A DNA stretch of 64,000 bases from Acidobacteriota bacterium (GCA_963666215.2 CAXWPL010000005.1:1344001-1408000), one strand, 5' to 3'; shown: positions 20,254 through 31,435, numbered from the stretch's first letter. Numbers and translations: made by a program. Notes: generated from the sequence alone by a model not told the origin.

Positions 20254-21037
20254 TGGGCGGCGAGGCGTCGGGGAGGCTTCCGACGGTCGGTCAACCCGGC
20301 GTGGCCTAACGTTCAGAGACGGGAACCAAGGTAAAATGATGGCTACGAACAACGGTCCCGCCGGTCTCCCACCTGGCGCGTCCCTTCGAGCTCGCCGCAT
20401 CGCCCGCCAGTTCGTTGGGCCGGTTGGGAGATTTCTTCATGTGGAAGCGTCGAGCGGGATCATCTTGCTGATCACAGCGTTGGTCGCCCTTGTCTGGGCG
20501 AATTCTCCGTGGGCGTCCGCTTACGATCACCTCCTTCACACCTCAATTTCCCTGGGCTTCGGCGAGTATTCCTTTTCGCACACAGTCCACTTCTGGATCA
20601 ACGATATATTGATGGTCGTTTTCTTTTTTGTGGTCGGGCTCGAGGTCCGACGGGAGATTTTCGAGGGCGAACTCTCTGTGTTGATGGCTGCGAGAAAGCG
20701 CATCCCGTTGGCTGCGAGCGCAGTTTCCGGGATGGAGTGAGCTGAGGGCTTCGCGACCGCGGGAAAGCTAGGCCTTCTTCAGGAAGGGCGGCATCATCCC
20801 GCCGGAACGGCGGTCCGGGTGCGTGGTCCCGGCGGCGTGTTTGCGGTCGGAAGAGATGCGTGAGTCGGTGTAGGGCTTTGCAGTGCGGGCTCTGCTCTGA
20901 TAGAGCAGGCCGACCAGAGACGGCGAGAGCCCGGGAAAGCGAAGTAGAAAACGCCCCGGGCTCTGCCCCAAACCGCAGCATTAGCTGCGCTTGCAGTATG
21001 GCAGAGAGTCGGGGTCGTCGTCGAATGGGAGGCGACG

Positions 21038-21433
21038 ATGCGACCGGACTACCGACTCTTCGACTGTGCTCGATGCCGTCGGCGTATCTCGCTGTGCTCG
21101 CACTGTGACCGTGGCCAGCGTTACTGCCGGGCTTGTGCTCTGGTGGCTCGTCGGGAATCGACTCGGGCGGCCGGCCATCGGTACCAGCGAAGCCTCCGAG
21201 GTCGGCATTGTCATGCCGCCCGTCAGGCCCGCTACCGTCGGCGCCAGCGCGAGCGGGCAGAGAAAGTGACGCATCAGGGTACCCCAGGCGGTACTTCGGG
21301 GAGGACACTGTGTCGGATCGAGACTCCGAGGCGCGAAGTGCGCTACGACCCGAGGAATCCGCGATGCATGCAGTGTGGAGAGGCCTGCCGAGAGTTTGTG
21401 CGAACGAGCTTTCGTCGTTGCCGACGGAGATAG
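21038..21433 (+). CDS. Cys-rich IS21 accessory protein
   Basis: CARC..ISLCSHCDRGQRYC..C...CMQC; lies directly upstream of istA. Confidence 0.65.
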   Translation: MRPDYRLFDCARCRRRISLCSHCDRGQRYCRACALVARRESTRAAGHRYQRSLRGRHCHAARQARYRRRQRERAEKVTHQGTPGGTSGRTLCRIETPRREVRYDPRNPRCMQCGEACREFVRTSFRRCRRR

Positions 21434-21437
21434 GGGC

Positions 21438-22946
21438 GTGATCGACGCACAGCTGCGCGGGGAGATCCGTCGTCTGTTCCTGGTCGAGAAGTGGAAAGTC
21501 GGCACGATCGCTCGACAGCTACAGCTGCACCCCTCAACCGTGCGCCGGGCGCTGGAGAAGTCCGGCGTGCTACCCCAGCAGCGACGAGGGAGGATGATCG
21601 ATCCTTACCTGCCGTTCATCGAGCAGGTGCTCGGGACCTACCCACGACTGCCGGCGAGCCGTCTCTACACCATGGTGGTGGAGCGCGGCTATCCAGGAGG
21701 CCCGGATCAGTTTCGCCACCTGGTGGCCTCGATGCGACCGAAGCCCCAGCGCGAGGCGTTTCTCTCGCTGCGCATGCTGCCAGGAGAGCAGGCGCAGGTC
21801 GACTGGGGCCACTTCGGTCGGCTCCGCGTCGGCCGGGCACATCGTCGGCTCTATGCCTTCGTCTTCGTGCTGTCGTTCTCGCGCACGGTCTTCGTGCACT
21901 TCACCCTCGACACTCGTCTCGAAACCTTCTTGCACGCTCACCAGCTGGCCTTCCACTACGTCGACGGCGTCGTCAGGACCGTTCTGTACGACAACCTGCG
22001 AACCGCGGTGATCGAGCGGCAGGGAACCGCGGTGCGCTTCCATCCCGTGCTGCTCGATTTCGCCAGCCACTACGGCTTCCTTCCCACCGTCGCCGCGGTG
22101 GCTCGGGGAAATGAGAAAGGCCGCGTCGAGCGCGCAATCCGCTTCCTGCGAAGCTCGTTCTTCGGCGCCCGAACGGTGAGCGATTTGGATCGTCTGAATC
22201 GGCAGGTCCTGGAATGGTGCCAGAGGTCGCAGCGCAGACCCTGGCCGCAGGACCGACAGCGAACCGTGAAAAGCGCCCTGGCCCAGGAACGACCTCGACT
22301 GCTTGAGCTTCCCGGAGACGACTTCGAAACCGACCTGCGACTGGAGATCAAGGTCAGAAAGACGCCGATCGTGCGCTTCGACCTCAACGACTACTCGGTG
22401 CCGCACAGTCATGTGCAGAGGACCGTCACGCTCCTCGCCAGCGAGCATCGGGTGCGGATCCTCGATGGCCAGGAGCTCCTCGCCGAGCACCCTCGCTCGT
22501 ACTCCCGGGGCGAGCAGATCCTCGATCCTCAACACCTCGAGGAGCTCCTCGCTCACAAACGCAGGGCCCGACGACACCGGGGCTTCCATCGGCTGTTTTC
22601 CGCTGTGCCTCGATGCGAAGAGCTGATGCAGCAGCTCGCCGAGCGAGGCGAGAACCTCGGAACGCAGACCGCCGGCCTGCTCCGACTCCTGCGCCAGTAC
22701 GGCCCCCAGCGACTCGACAAAGCCGTGCGCGAAGCGCTCCTGAACCACGCACCGCGATTCCAGTCCGTCCGGCTCCTACTCGAACGGCACCAGCGCGGCC
22801 TCGGTCAGCCCCCGGCTTTACCGGTGCCGCTCAGCCAGGAGCTCCAACAGCGAGATCTCTCCGTGAGACCGCACAACCTCGAGGACTACGACCAACTTGG
22901 AGGCAACGACGATGGCCCGACCCAGGAAGAGTCCAACGATCCCTGA
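21438..22946 (+). CDS. istA: IS21 transposase IstA
   Basis: PGEQAQVDWG, LSFSR, LYDNLRTAV, KGRVER. Confidence 0.95.
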   Translation: MIDAQLRGEIRRLFLVEKWKVGTIARQLQLHPSTVRRALEKSGVLPQQRRGRMIDPYLPFIEQVLGTYPRLPASRLYTMVVERGYPGGPDQFRHLVASMRPKPQREAFLSLRMLPGEQAQVDWGHFGRLRVGRAHRRLYAFVFVLSFSRTVFVHFTLDTRLETFLHAHQLAFHYVDGVVRTVLYDNLRTAVIERQGTAVRFHPVLLDFASHYGFLPTVAAVARGNEKGRVERAIRFLRSSFFGARTVSDLDRLNRQVLEWCQRSQRRPWPQDRQRTVKSALAQERPRLLELPGDDFETDLRLEIKVRKTPIVRFDLNDYSVPHSHVQRTVTLLASEHRVRILDGQELLAEHPRSYSRGEQILDPQHLEELLAHKRRARRHRGFHRLFSAVPRCEELMQQLAERGENLGTQTAGLLRLLRQYGPQRLDKAVREALLNHAPRFQSVRLLLERHQRGLGQPPALPVPLSQELQQRDLSVRPHNLEDYDQLGGNDDGPTQEESNDP

Positions 22947-23706
22947 CGAACCACTACGAGAGCTCGCCCGATCCCTCGGCTTCTACGCCCTCGTCGACGA
23001 CTGGGGCACCTACCGAGAACAGCCCTGGCTCGAACAGCTGCTGCGCAAAGAAGAGGCCGAGCGCAAACGGCGCAGCCTCGAACGGCGCATCCGCACCAGC
23101 CGCGTCGGGCTCTTCAAGAGCATCGCCGACTTCGACTTCTCCTGGCCCCAGCGCATCGACCGCGAGCAGATCCAGGATCTGCTCACCCTCCAATTCCTCG
23201 ACGACATCACCAACGTCATCCTCCTCGGACCCAACGGTGTCGGCAAGACCATGATTGCCAAGAACCTCCTCTACCAGGCGCTGCAACGAGGGGCCACCGC
23301 CAGCTTCGTCACCGCCTCCGACATGCTCAACGATCTCGCCGTCCAGGAAACCCCCTCGGCGCTCCAGAGAAGGCTCTCCAAATACACCCGACCCTCGCTT
23401 TTGGCAATCGATGAGCTCGGCTATCTCTCCTACGACCACCGCCACGCGGATCTCCTCTTCGAGGTCGTCTCCAGGAGATACGGCAACAAGCCCATTCTTC
23501 TCACCACCAACAAGCCCTTCGCCGAATGGGCCGAGGTCTTTCCCAACGCCTCCTGCGTCGTCACTCTCGTCGATCGACTCACCCACCACGCCGAGATCGT
23601 CAAGATCGAGGCTAACTCCTATCGCCGCAAGGAGGCCAAGGAGGCTGCTGAAAAAAAGGCCAAGGACCGCGCCAAAAGGCGGAGCGCAGCACGACGACGC
23701 TCATGA
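22912..23706 (+). CDS. istB: IS21 helper ATPase IstB
   Basis: FDFSWP, GPNGVGKT, LLAIDELGY, LTTNKPF, DRLTHH. Confidence 0.95.
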   Translation: MARPRKSPTIPDEPLRELARSLGFYALVDDWGTYREQPWLEQLLRKEEAERKRRSLERRIRTSRVGLFKSIADFDFSWPQRIDREQIQDLLTLQFLDDITNVILLGPNGVGKTMIAKNLLYQALQRGATASFVTASDMLNDLAVQETPSALQRRLSKYTRPSLLAIDELGYLSYDHRHADLLFEVVSRRYGNKPILLTTNKPFAEWAEVFPNASCVVTLVDRLTHHAEIVKIEANSYRRKEAKEAAEKKAKDRAKRRSAARRRS

Positions 23707-24059
23707 CCCGAAGCCACTATCGGCGCCAGCTCCTCCGCCTCTATCGACTCCTTCCCGACACCCCGCACCGCTTCCACCACGGCGACCGCGTCATCGTCGA
23801 CCAGCTCTTCGACCAAGACCTGCCTCTCACCGTCCTCCAGGCCGCCCTCCTCCTCGGCTCCGCCCGACGCGCATGCCGAGATCCGCGCCTACCAAAGCTC
23901 CAGCCCATCCGATCCCTCGCCTACTTTCTCCCCATCCTCCGAGAACTCCCCACGACGCCACCCCCCGAGGGGTACCTCGACTATCTGCGCCACACCCTGA
24001 GTCACGCCTCGCGGGGACAAAAAACCGACTCGCAGCCAACTAAGTGCGCTTTCTCGTAG
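23703..24059 (+). CDS. IS21 downstream accessory protein
   Basis: ATGA coupling with istB; Y..LPDTP...ALLLGSARR....PIRSLAYFLP. Confidence 0.65.
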   Translation: MTRSHYRRQLLRLYRLLPDTPHRFHHGDRVIVDQLFDQDLPLTVLQAALLLGSARRACRDPRLPKLQPIRSLAYFLPILRELPTTPPPEGYLDYLRHTLSHASRGQKTDSQPTKCAFS

Positions 24060-25257
24060 CCGGTAACACTCTGAGCCCCGTCGAGCTGCGCTCCCTGTGG
24101 CCGCGGCGCTCGGAGGGATGCTGGTGCCGGCAGCCATCTATCTCTCGCTCAATGTGGATTCGCCTGCTGCGAGCGGCTGGGGAGTCCCGATGGCCACCGA
24201 CATCGCTTTCGCGGTCGGAGTCCTCGCTTTGCTCGGCCGGCGAGTGCCAGCGGCAATGCGTGTGCTGCTCTTGGCCCTGGCAATCATTGACGATATTGGC
24301 GCGATCCTCGTCATCGCGTTGTTCTACTCCTCCGGAATTGAAGTGACCGGTTTCGCGATCGTCGGACTTGGACTCGGGGCAGTCTTTATTATGCAGCGGG
24401 TCGGGCTGCGCAACCCGTCTCCCTATGTTGCGGCAGGTGTCGCGATCTGGGGAGGGATGTTGCATGCGGGGATTCACCCGACCATCGCGGGCGTGATCCT
24501 CGGGCTTCTAACGCCGGTGCGATCGTGGTTCGGTCATGAAGGTTTCGCCGCAGAAACGCAGCTGGCGCTTGATCGAATGCGCGAAAAAGTCGCGTCGGAA
24601 AGGGATCCGCGTATGCTCCTTCCGGAGCTCGATCGAATCAATGTCGCACGCCGCGAAGCGATCCCGCCCGTCACCCGCATTGAAGCCGCACTTCACCCCT
24701 GGGTCGCCTTCGGGATCATGCCGCTCTTCGCCCTCGCGAACGCGGGCGTTGCTTTTGGCGGCCTCAGCGGTTGGGGGGCCGAGGCGACCGGCATCGCGCT
24801 CGGTGTTGGCCTGGGCTTGGTCGTCGGCAAACCGCTGGGAATCGTCGCCTTCTGTTGGCTGGCGGTTCGTCTCGGTCTCGCTTCGTTACCGCGAGGTGTG
24901 TCGTGGGCGGGCGTGCTCGTGGTTGGGTGCGTTGCAGGCATCGGCTTTACGATGGCGCTGTTCATCGGCGCGCTTGCTTTTTCAGACGCCTCAATGTTGG
25001 CTCCCGCGAAGCTCACGGTCTTGGCCGCCTCAGCGGTTTCTGGGGCGGTGGGATTGGTCATAGGCTACAGGTGTCTGCCTCGCGGTCAGCCGCTCGCTAG
25101 TGTCACGCCGGACGCCGCCGAGAAGTCCACCACCTACTGATTCCGACCTCGGTCGGCGTGCGGAATACGCAGCTCAAGAAAGGCACCCACCTCGAAGTCC
25201 CGGGGGCGGTGTCGCCCTGCCGCTCTTCGGTCTTGTCCCCTCAAATCTCTCCTAGCT

Positions 25258-27425
25258 TTAGGCCCTGCCGAGGAACGGCCTGAGCCGTCCGGCGCGGTGC
25301 GGCTCCCGCAGTTTCTGCAGCGCCTTCGATTCGATCTGTCGGATGCGCTCGCGGGTTAGGTTGAAGGATCGGCCAACCTCCTCCAGGGTGCACTCCGAGC
25401 CTTCTCCCACCCCAAATCGCATCCGCAACACCAACTGCTCCCGCGACGACAGGGAGTTGAGCGCGTTAGCCATCCGATCCTGCAAGTTCGTAGAGATCAA
25501 GGCTTCGAAGGGGGACACCGCGTTACTGTCTGCGATGATGTCGTCCAGACGCGACTCCTTCGTCTGTCCGATGGGCGTCTCGAGTGAGATCGGTTCTTGC
25601 GTGATCTTCATTAACCCGCGTGCTTCCGAGACCGAGAGCTCCATGCGATCTGCGATCTCCTTCGCTGTTGGCTCGTGGCCGAGTTCCTGGACCAGTGAAT
25701 CCTTGGTGCGTTTCAGCTTGTTGATCCGCTCGCACATGTGGACCGGAAGGCGGATGGTACGAGCTTGTACGACGATGGCACGGGTGACGGCCTGCCGGAT
25801 CCACCACGTGGTGAGAGTGAGCACGATAATCGATGGCGGTCCGATCACGATAAGTGATGGTCGCGTAGCCTTTTGAAGGACTTAGCCGAAGCTGCGTTTC
25901 GCTGCCACTTGCCTCAGACGGTCTTGTTCACAGTATTTGATGGCGATTCGAGGAAACCCGATCACGTTGTCTGGTGGGAATGGGTGTTCCGTTCAAGGTA
26001 TCTGAGGGCGCAACCAGGGGCCCAAGCGCGATGGAAGCTCGGCGAACCGCCTCGATCGCCCATCAGATAGCGTGCCGTTCATCCCATCGCTGCGTGTCAG
26101 CCCTCGTTCAGCGTGATCAGCGAAAGAACAAGTATGGACTGCGCGTCAGGCCCCGACGGCCCGCCTTCGGCGGGGATGATGCCGACGGACCTAGTCTTGA
26201 GCACACTACTTGAGGGACCAAACACCCTTCCCTCACCTACCGTGCTCAGAATGGCCAACATTCCCATCGATTATCGTGCTCACTCTCACGTGGCGTAGGT
26301 GGAGAACTTGTACCCTCGACGGTACTCGAACTTCTCAACTGCCTTCATCAGACCGATGTTGCCCTCCTGGATCAGGTCGGGGAACAGGGCACGTCTTGTG
26401 TACTTTTTGGCGATCGCTACGACCAGGCGCAGGTTGGCCACGATCAGTTGCTTCCTGGCCTGCTCGCTCATCCACTCACCACGGTGGATCTTGGTGATCG
26501 TCGTTTCAAGCTGGGCCCGAGTCGTGCCGTACCGCTGCTCCAGCTCCCGCTGCTTTTTACAGTACTTCGAGATCCGTCGGCGGTGAAGAGTCTGTAACTC
26601 CCGGCTGGATTCCTGTTTGTGTGCTGCCTCGGTGCGTCGAATGGCGACAGCGATGCGAGAGAACTCGCGATCGATCTGCTTCAGCCAGTCGGTCAGGCGG
26701 TTGCGGTGCTCCTGGTCGACGTCGACCTTGCGGATCTCGGCGGCCATCCTTGCGGCGAGACGGTCCGTTTCCCGATCGACTTCAAGGACTACATCTTGTC
26801 TCGATGTCTTCCTACACCGTCGTCGCAGCTTCTCGATCTGAGTGCCGAGCCTGCGGATCTGCTCGAAGTGCTTCATCTTGTGATCGACCGTTGCCCTCAC
26901 GTCGTCCCGAGAATCGGCGACCCAGTCTGTCTCGTCGAAGCTGAGCGCCCTCTCCAGAGAAAGCTCCTGAAGTTCGAGGAGCCGCCGCAACATCACCGAG
27001 TTCTGGCCTAGTGCCTCGAAGATGAGCCGCTCCCCCTCTTCGAGGCGGCGAGCGATCTCCACCTCGCCATCGCGATCGAGAAGCGACACTGCGCCCATCT
27101 CTCGTAGGTACATGAGGATCGGATCACCGGTTTTCTCATCAGCGCGAAACTGAAAGTCGGCTTGGACGCCATCCTCTGTCTCAAGCTCGCGAGAAGAGTC
27201 GGCCGCTTGATTGAGATAATGTTCCGGCCTTTCGATGATTGGAAGGCCGGCGTCGGACAGGGCTATGTGAATCTCGTCCCTCTTTGCAGCAGCGGCTGCC
27301 ACTTCGTCCGGAAGGAGTTCGAGGATCTCGTCGAAAAGGACATACGCCTTGTCCTTGCCGATCTCGAGGAGCCGTTTGACTGACTTGTCACGGCTTTCGA
27401 TGTTTGCAATTTCTCCAATAGCCAA
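25258..27425 (-). pseudogene. rpoD: RpoD-like primary sigma-70 factor interrupted by a MITE in region 2.3-2.4
   Basis: Region 1.1, [39 protein letters not shown]|WWIRQA, TLEEVG..F.LTRERIRQIE. Confidence 0.92.
25812..26288. mobile_element. 477-bp non-autonomous element (IS21-type ends) with a 5-bp TSD CGTGG
   Basis: Perfect 25-bp IR TGAGAGTGAGCACGATAATCGATGG; internal CACGATAA repeat; no transposase. Confidence 0.85.
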
Positions 27426-27545
27426 GTCATGTCTCCCGGCTCATGGGTCTGTTCCGCGTGCGCCATCAACTCGTGAGTCGGAGTTCACGCCGAACCAGGA
27501 CTGGTACAAAGGAAAGGAACCTACGTAGGACTAGGTGGACAGAAC

Positions 27546-28518
27546 TCAAAGGTGATGTGCTTCTAGAGACGGCGGCTCGCTCTCCTCGAGCCGAACAGGG
27601 GTCACGAATCCATCCGGCTTGAGGGTGAGAACGGAGCTGGTGACGCGCCGCAGAACTCTCTCGGCCGTGTTTCCAATGAATACCCCTGCGGACCCCGTAT
27701 GGCACAGTGTGCCCATAACAGTGAGGTCCACACATTCAGCCGCGCGTGTCAGGATTTCAGCGGGATGGCCATGCTCGATCCAGAGCTCGGGTTCGACGGC
27801 CAAGGCGCCGCTCCTAGTGATCAGTTCTCTGATCAGCGCGCTCACCGCACGATGGACCCCTTCGCGGGGGTCCTCTAGTGCACCTCCGCGAGCGCTTGAG
27901 AGGTGAGTATTCAACGTCGACTGGTGAGGAACCCATAGGGCATGGAGCACCACCAGAGAACTTTCGGAACGCTTGGCGAGAGCGGAGGCCAGCTGAAGAA
28001 TCTTCACGTTGAGGCCATAGTTACCTGCGCCCCGAGGGTCAGGATCTACAGCTGCCAGTATCTTGCCACGCTTGCGGAAATCGCCAGGCTTGATGACCCA
28101 GACGGGGCATGGGCACTTCCTCATGAGATTGAGCGCAGTATTCCCGAAGAGCCCTCCGAGCCCTCCAAGAGCCCCCTCTCCGGTCTTGACCACCATGTCG
28201 TAGCTGCCGCGAAGCACCTCCTGAATCAACTCGACGAACGGTTCTCCTCTCCGCAAGAGTGTATTGACGGAGACACCAGGAAGTGTGATGTCAGCCAGGG
28301 TCTCGAGCTCATGCTGCGCCTGGACGAGGGTGATGAGTTGGTCAGGGCGCGCCTGCCCCGGAACGATCAACCAAGACCCTTCCTCATTCTCAGGAAGAAC
28401 GTCGATGAGCGTGAGAGTCGCTTTGTTCGCCAAGGCCAGATCGCCGGCGCGCTCTAGCGCGGGCCGTGGATCAACGGCGCCACCCACGTAGCAGAGGGAC
28501 CTTTTTGAGACAGTTCAT
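27546..28518 (-). pseudogene. Second tandem-domain universal stress protein (frameshift near the 5' end)
   Basis: Paralog of 14793-15761; extra C in AAGGTCCCTCTGC puts the ATG at 28518 out of frame. Confidence 0.85.
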
Positions 28519-28626
28519 CGTCACTCTTGGTCTTCTAGATGTGGAGGGCTGAATGTACGGCCCAGGGCGTTGCCCGAGAGGAAGTCCCGACGGCTGTCAC
28601 GGACAGTACGCAAAAGCTCTGCATGT

Positions 28627-28660
28627 GATCAAGAAAGAACGAACCAAAGGTTCGTTCGCT
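28627..28660. promoter_or_regulatory. Putative NhaR operator, copy 4
   Basis: GATCAAGAAAGAACGAACC..GGTTCGTTCG upstream of the second USP. Confidence 0.5.
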
Positions 28661-28818
28661 TCAACCGAAAGGGGTGCCAAGCCTTCGAGAGAGGAGTAGT
28701 CTGCCGCTTCTATGTTTCAACCCTAGGGGGGCGGCATCGCACCAGCGACGCTGATCGCGCTGGTGCAACTGGGGCCAGGATACGCAGTCGCCACGGTGAT
28801 CACCTTTGTAGTCTTGAA

Positions 28819-29619
28819 GGTATTGTCAACTTAGCGCTGTCGGAGCGAGTCTGTGCCGGTCGATAGCAGAGTCCGCGTTCAGCAGACGCACGTCACCTGC
28901 CGCCAGACGCCGAAGGAACGATCTCGCAGCGTGCGATGGTTGGGTGCGCTGACGAGGTGACGTCCAAGACGGAACAGGTTCAGGATGATCCCGTGAGCGG
29001 AGAGGAATCGCTGCGCCTGACGGGCAGATTTGAACCTTCGCATCTGTCGCTCTCGCTGCCGGGTCGGTTGGTGAGAGACCTCCGCGCGGTTGTTGGCGTA
29101 CTGCTTCGTGTCGTGCCTGACCGAAGGCATAGTGGTTCGGTGGGCTGCCCCGTAGCTCCTCAGCTTGTCGGTTACCAGCCGCAGTGGCTCGGCTCCCTGG
29201 CCCTTCAATAGCTTGCGGAAGAAGCGTTCTGCTGCACGCCGATCGCGGCGCAGCTGAACGAGAATGTCGATCACGTCGCCGTCCTGGTCCACAGCCCGCC
29301 ACAGATAGTGGCGCTCGCCTTGGATCTTCACGAAGAGCTCATCGAGGTGCCAGGTATCGCCCAGGCGACCTTGGCGCCGCTTGAGGAGGCGGGCGTACTC
29401 CGTGCCGAACTTGCGACTCCACTGACGAATGGTCTCGTAGGAGACGGTGATCCCGCGCGCTGCCAGGAGATCCTCCACATCTCGGAAGCTCAGGCAGAAG
29501 CGATAGTAGAGCCAGACGGCGTGGCTGATGATCTCGGACGGGTAGCGGTGGCCGCGGTAGCTGATGCAATGGTGTTCATGGGCAGAGTCTGGCAGCGACT
29601 CCCTCAACCTGACAGTGCC
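28819..29619 (-). mobile_element. IS6-family element (transposase 28879-~29579, start ATG possibly out of frame)
   Basis: IRs GGTATTGTCAACTT and AACCTGACAGTGCC; transposase highly similar to 704-1405. Confidence 0.9.
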
Positions 29620-29620
29620 C

Positions 29621-30139
29621 TCAAGACACATTTTCATGTGGATTCGGCGGGGGGCCCTCATCGCTGGAGCGAGTGGCCGTAGCGTCCCTGACTCTGTTGG
29701 CGGACGAGTACTGAGGAGGCACAGCTGAAGTTGGGTAGTTCGGTGGATGATCGGTTGGCTCAGCGGGAAGGCTCGCGGACCTCTTCCTGTTGACGAAAAC
29801 CCTTGCGTAGATCGCCATGTTGATCGCGATCACCAGGAGTCCCAGCACTATCTGCAGGTTGCGGCTTAGCCCGTCGGGGTAGAGAACAGGCATCAGGTAG
29901 TGCTCCACGAAACCGCCTTCGTAGCCGCGCTCGCCGGCGGCCCGGCGCCAGCGATTCTCGAGGTGGGTGAGCGGGCAGATCCAGCCCTGAAACTCGATCA
30001 GTGCCCCCCAGACGGCGGCGGGGAGATGCAGCCAGACGTAGCGAGACCGGCGCAGCACCAGAAAGCCGCCGAGGACGACGAAGAGCACGAAGCAGAAGTG
30101 AAGAAGGACCGCCAGGTCGGCGAGAAGGGAGTAGATCAT
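29621..30139 (-). CDS. DUF2784 family membrane protein
   Basis: LADLAVLLHF.FVLFVVLGG, WLHLPA..WG, ICPLT.LEN..R, GFVEHYL..VLYP. Confidence 0.85.
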   Translation of the reverse strand: MIYSLLADLAVLLHFCFVLFVVLGGFLVLRRSRYVWLHLPAAVWGALIEFQGWICPLTHLENRWRRAAGERGYEGGFVEHYLMPVLYPDGLSRNLQIVLGLLVIAINMAIYARVFVNRKRSASLPAEPTDHPPNYPTSAVPPQYSSANRVRDATATRSSDEGPPPNPHENVS

Positions 30140-30769
30140 CGGGCGCCCGAGCGGAGCTAGACTACCGCTAGCCTCCTCGATCACCTTGTCTGGATCGCTT
30201 CGGGAATGATCGTCTCTTCGCAAAGCCGCGATCGTGACAGCAGCAGTCTTGCGCTCCGCCGTCACCGAACCGGTTTGCAGTTTCTGGACTAGGCCAAGCC
30301 AGGATAGGACCGCTCGCAACGCCGAAGTTCACCACCAGGCTGGCGACGATGGCCAAGGGGAGGCCGCGTGAACTGTGGGCCGATTATTGGCACCCTACGG
30401 GATCGGGGCGGCCGTATTCACGGTCCTTGTGCCGGGCACTGTGACTATCTTTCTTCCTGTCTACCTCACGCGAGGCTCCGTCCCGGAGATCCGAGCCTTC
30501 GGGTCGCTAGAACTCTTCGCCGGAGCGATATCGCCCTTCGGCGCCGCTGGCCTACCTGAGGTGCCTCCGGGACTTTGTCCGACGGGGTCGGGACGCGGTT
30601 CTCTTCAACAAGGTACTCCAGCACTTCCTGCTGATGGCGGTTGATCCAGGCAGCGAGAGAGATCAGGAGCAGGTGGGCGGGGTGCGGGAGGCTCTCATCC
30701 CGAGATTCTAGCTGTCATCAAACACTGATCTGGCAGGTACTTCCGGCACGGCGAACTTTTCGGACAGGA

Positions 30770-31058
30770 CGAGTACGCCAACAATCGAGCGGAGGTCTCC
30801 CACCAGCCGACTCGGCAGCGGGAGCGTCAGATGCGAAGGTACAAATCGCCAGGCCAGGCCCGGCGCTTCCTGTCCGTTCACGGAGTCATCCAGAACCTGT
30901 TCCGGGTTGGGCGGCACCTCGGCAGCTCAGCCAACCACCGGACGCTGCGAGATCGCTCCTTCGGCGTCTGGCGTCGGGTGACGTGTGCCTGCTGAATCCG
31001 AGCTGGCACCTTCGACAGCGCCACATCTCACTTCGAACGAAGACAACTTGACCGTACC
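30770..31058 (+). mobile_element. IS6 3' fragment with right IR
   Basis: Closely matches 1180-1468, including CAACTTGACCGTACC. Confidence 0.85.
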
Positions 31059-31135
31059 CCTGGGCCTGACTCTAGACCCGAAAGGGTCTCTTAGTGCAAA
31101 CCCCAAAACTGTCCGACTTCTGCTGACGGGAAACA

Positions 31136-31435
31136 CTAGGTGATCTGGTCGACGATTTCCAAGTAGCGCTCGTAGGGCAGGGCTTCCCAAACCTCGACTT
31201 CGAGGGCTCCTTCGTGGCGTGAGATGTAGGCCACTTTGTGGGCGGCCTCGAAGTTCGAGGCCTGAAAGATGTCCATGAAGTCGTAGTGGCCGAGCAGGGC
31301 GTAGTGGTGTTGCCACTCGACATCCGGGGAGTATTTGGACACTTTCTCGAGCCACTCCTTGCCGACGGCGCGGCGGCCGCGGGGGTCTTCCATGAGTGCT
31401 GGGGAGAGTCGGGAGAGTAGAACGAAGGTCGCCAT
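31136..31435 (-). CDS. GYD-domain protein
   Basis: MATFVLLSRL...HYALLGHYDFMDIF; SD AGGAG. Confidence 0.82.
   Translation of the reverse strand: MATFVLLSRLSPALMEDPRGRRAVGKEWLEKVSKYSPDVEWQHHYALLGHYDFMDIFQASNFEAAHKVAYISRHEGALEVEVWEALPYERYLEIVDQIT

Larger units (their letters stand above)
20679..24068 (+). mobile_element. IS21-family element (3390 bp) with two accessory ORFs and a 5-bp TSD CTCTG
   Basis: IRL TGTTGATGGCTGCGAGAAAGCGCA; IRR revcomp TGTTACCGGCTACGAGAAAGCGCA; CTCTG at 20674-20678 and 24069-24073. Confidence 0.95.
20336..25140 (+). pseudogene. nhaA: Na+/H+ antiporter NhaA interrupted by IS21
   Basis: [19 protein letters not shown]...GELS|[15 protein letters not shown]...[19 protein letters not shown]; in frame after removing the IS and one TSD copy. 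Confidence 0.93.

Noticed and set aside
25812-26288. Intron or intein in rpoD
   Set aside because: Perfect terminal IRs, a TSD and an immediate stop codon indicate a transposon derivative.
664-31058. IS6 composite transposon
   Set aside because: No matching target duplication at the outer ends, and the third copy is only a fragment.
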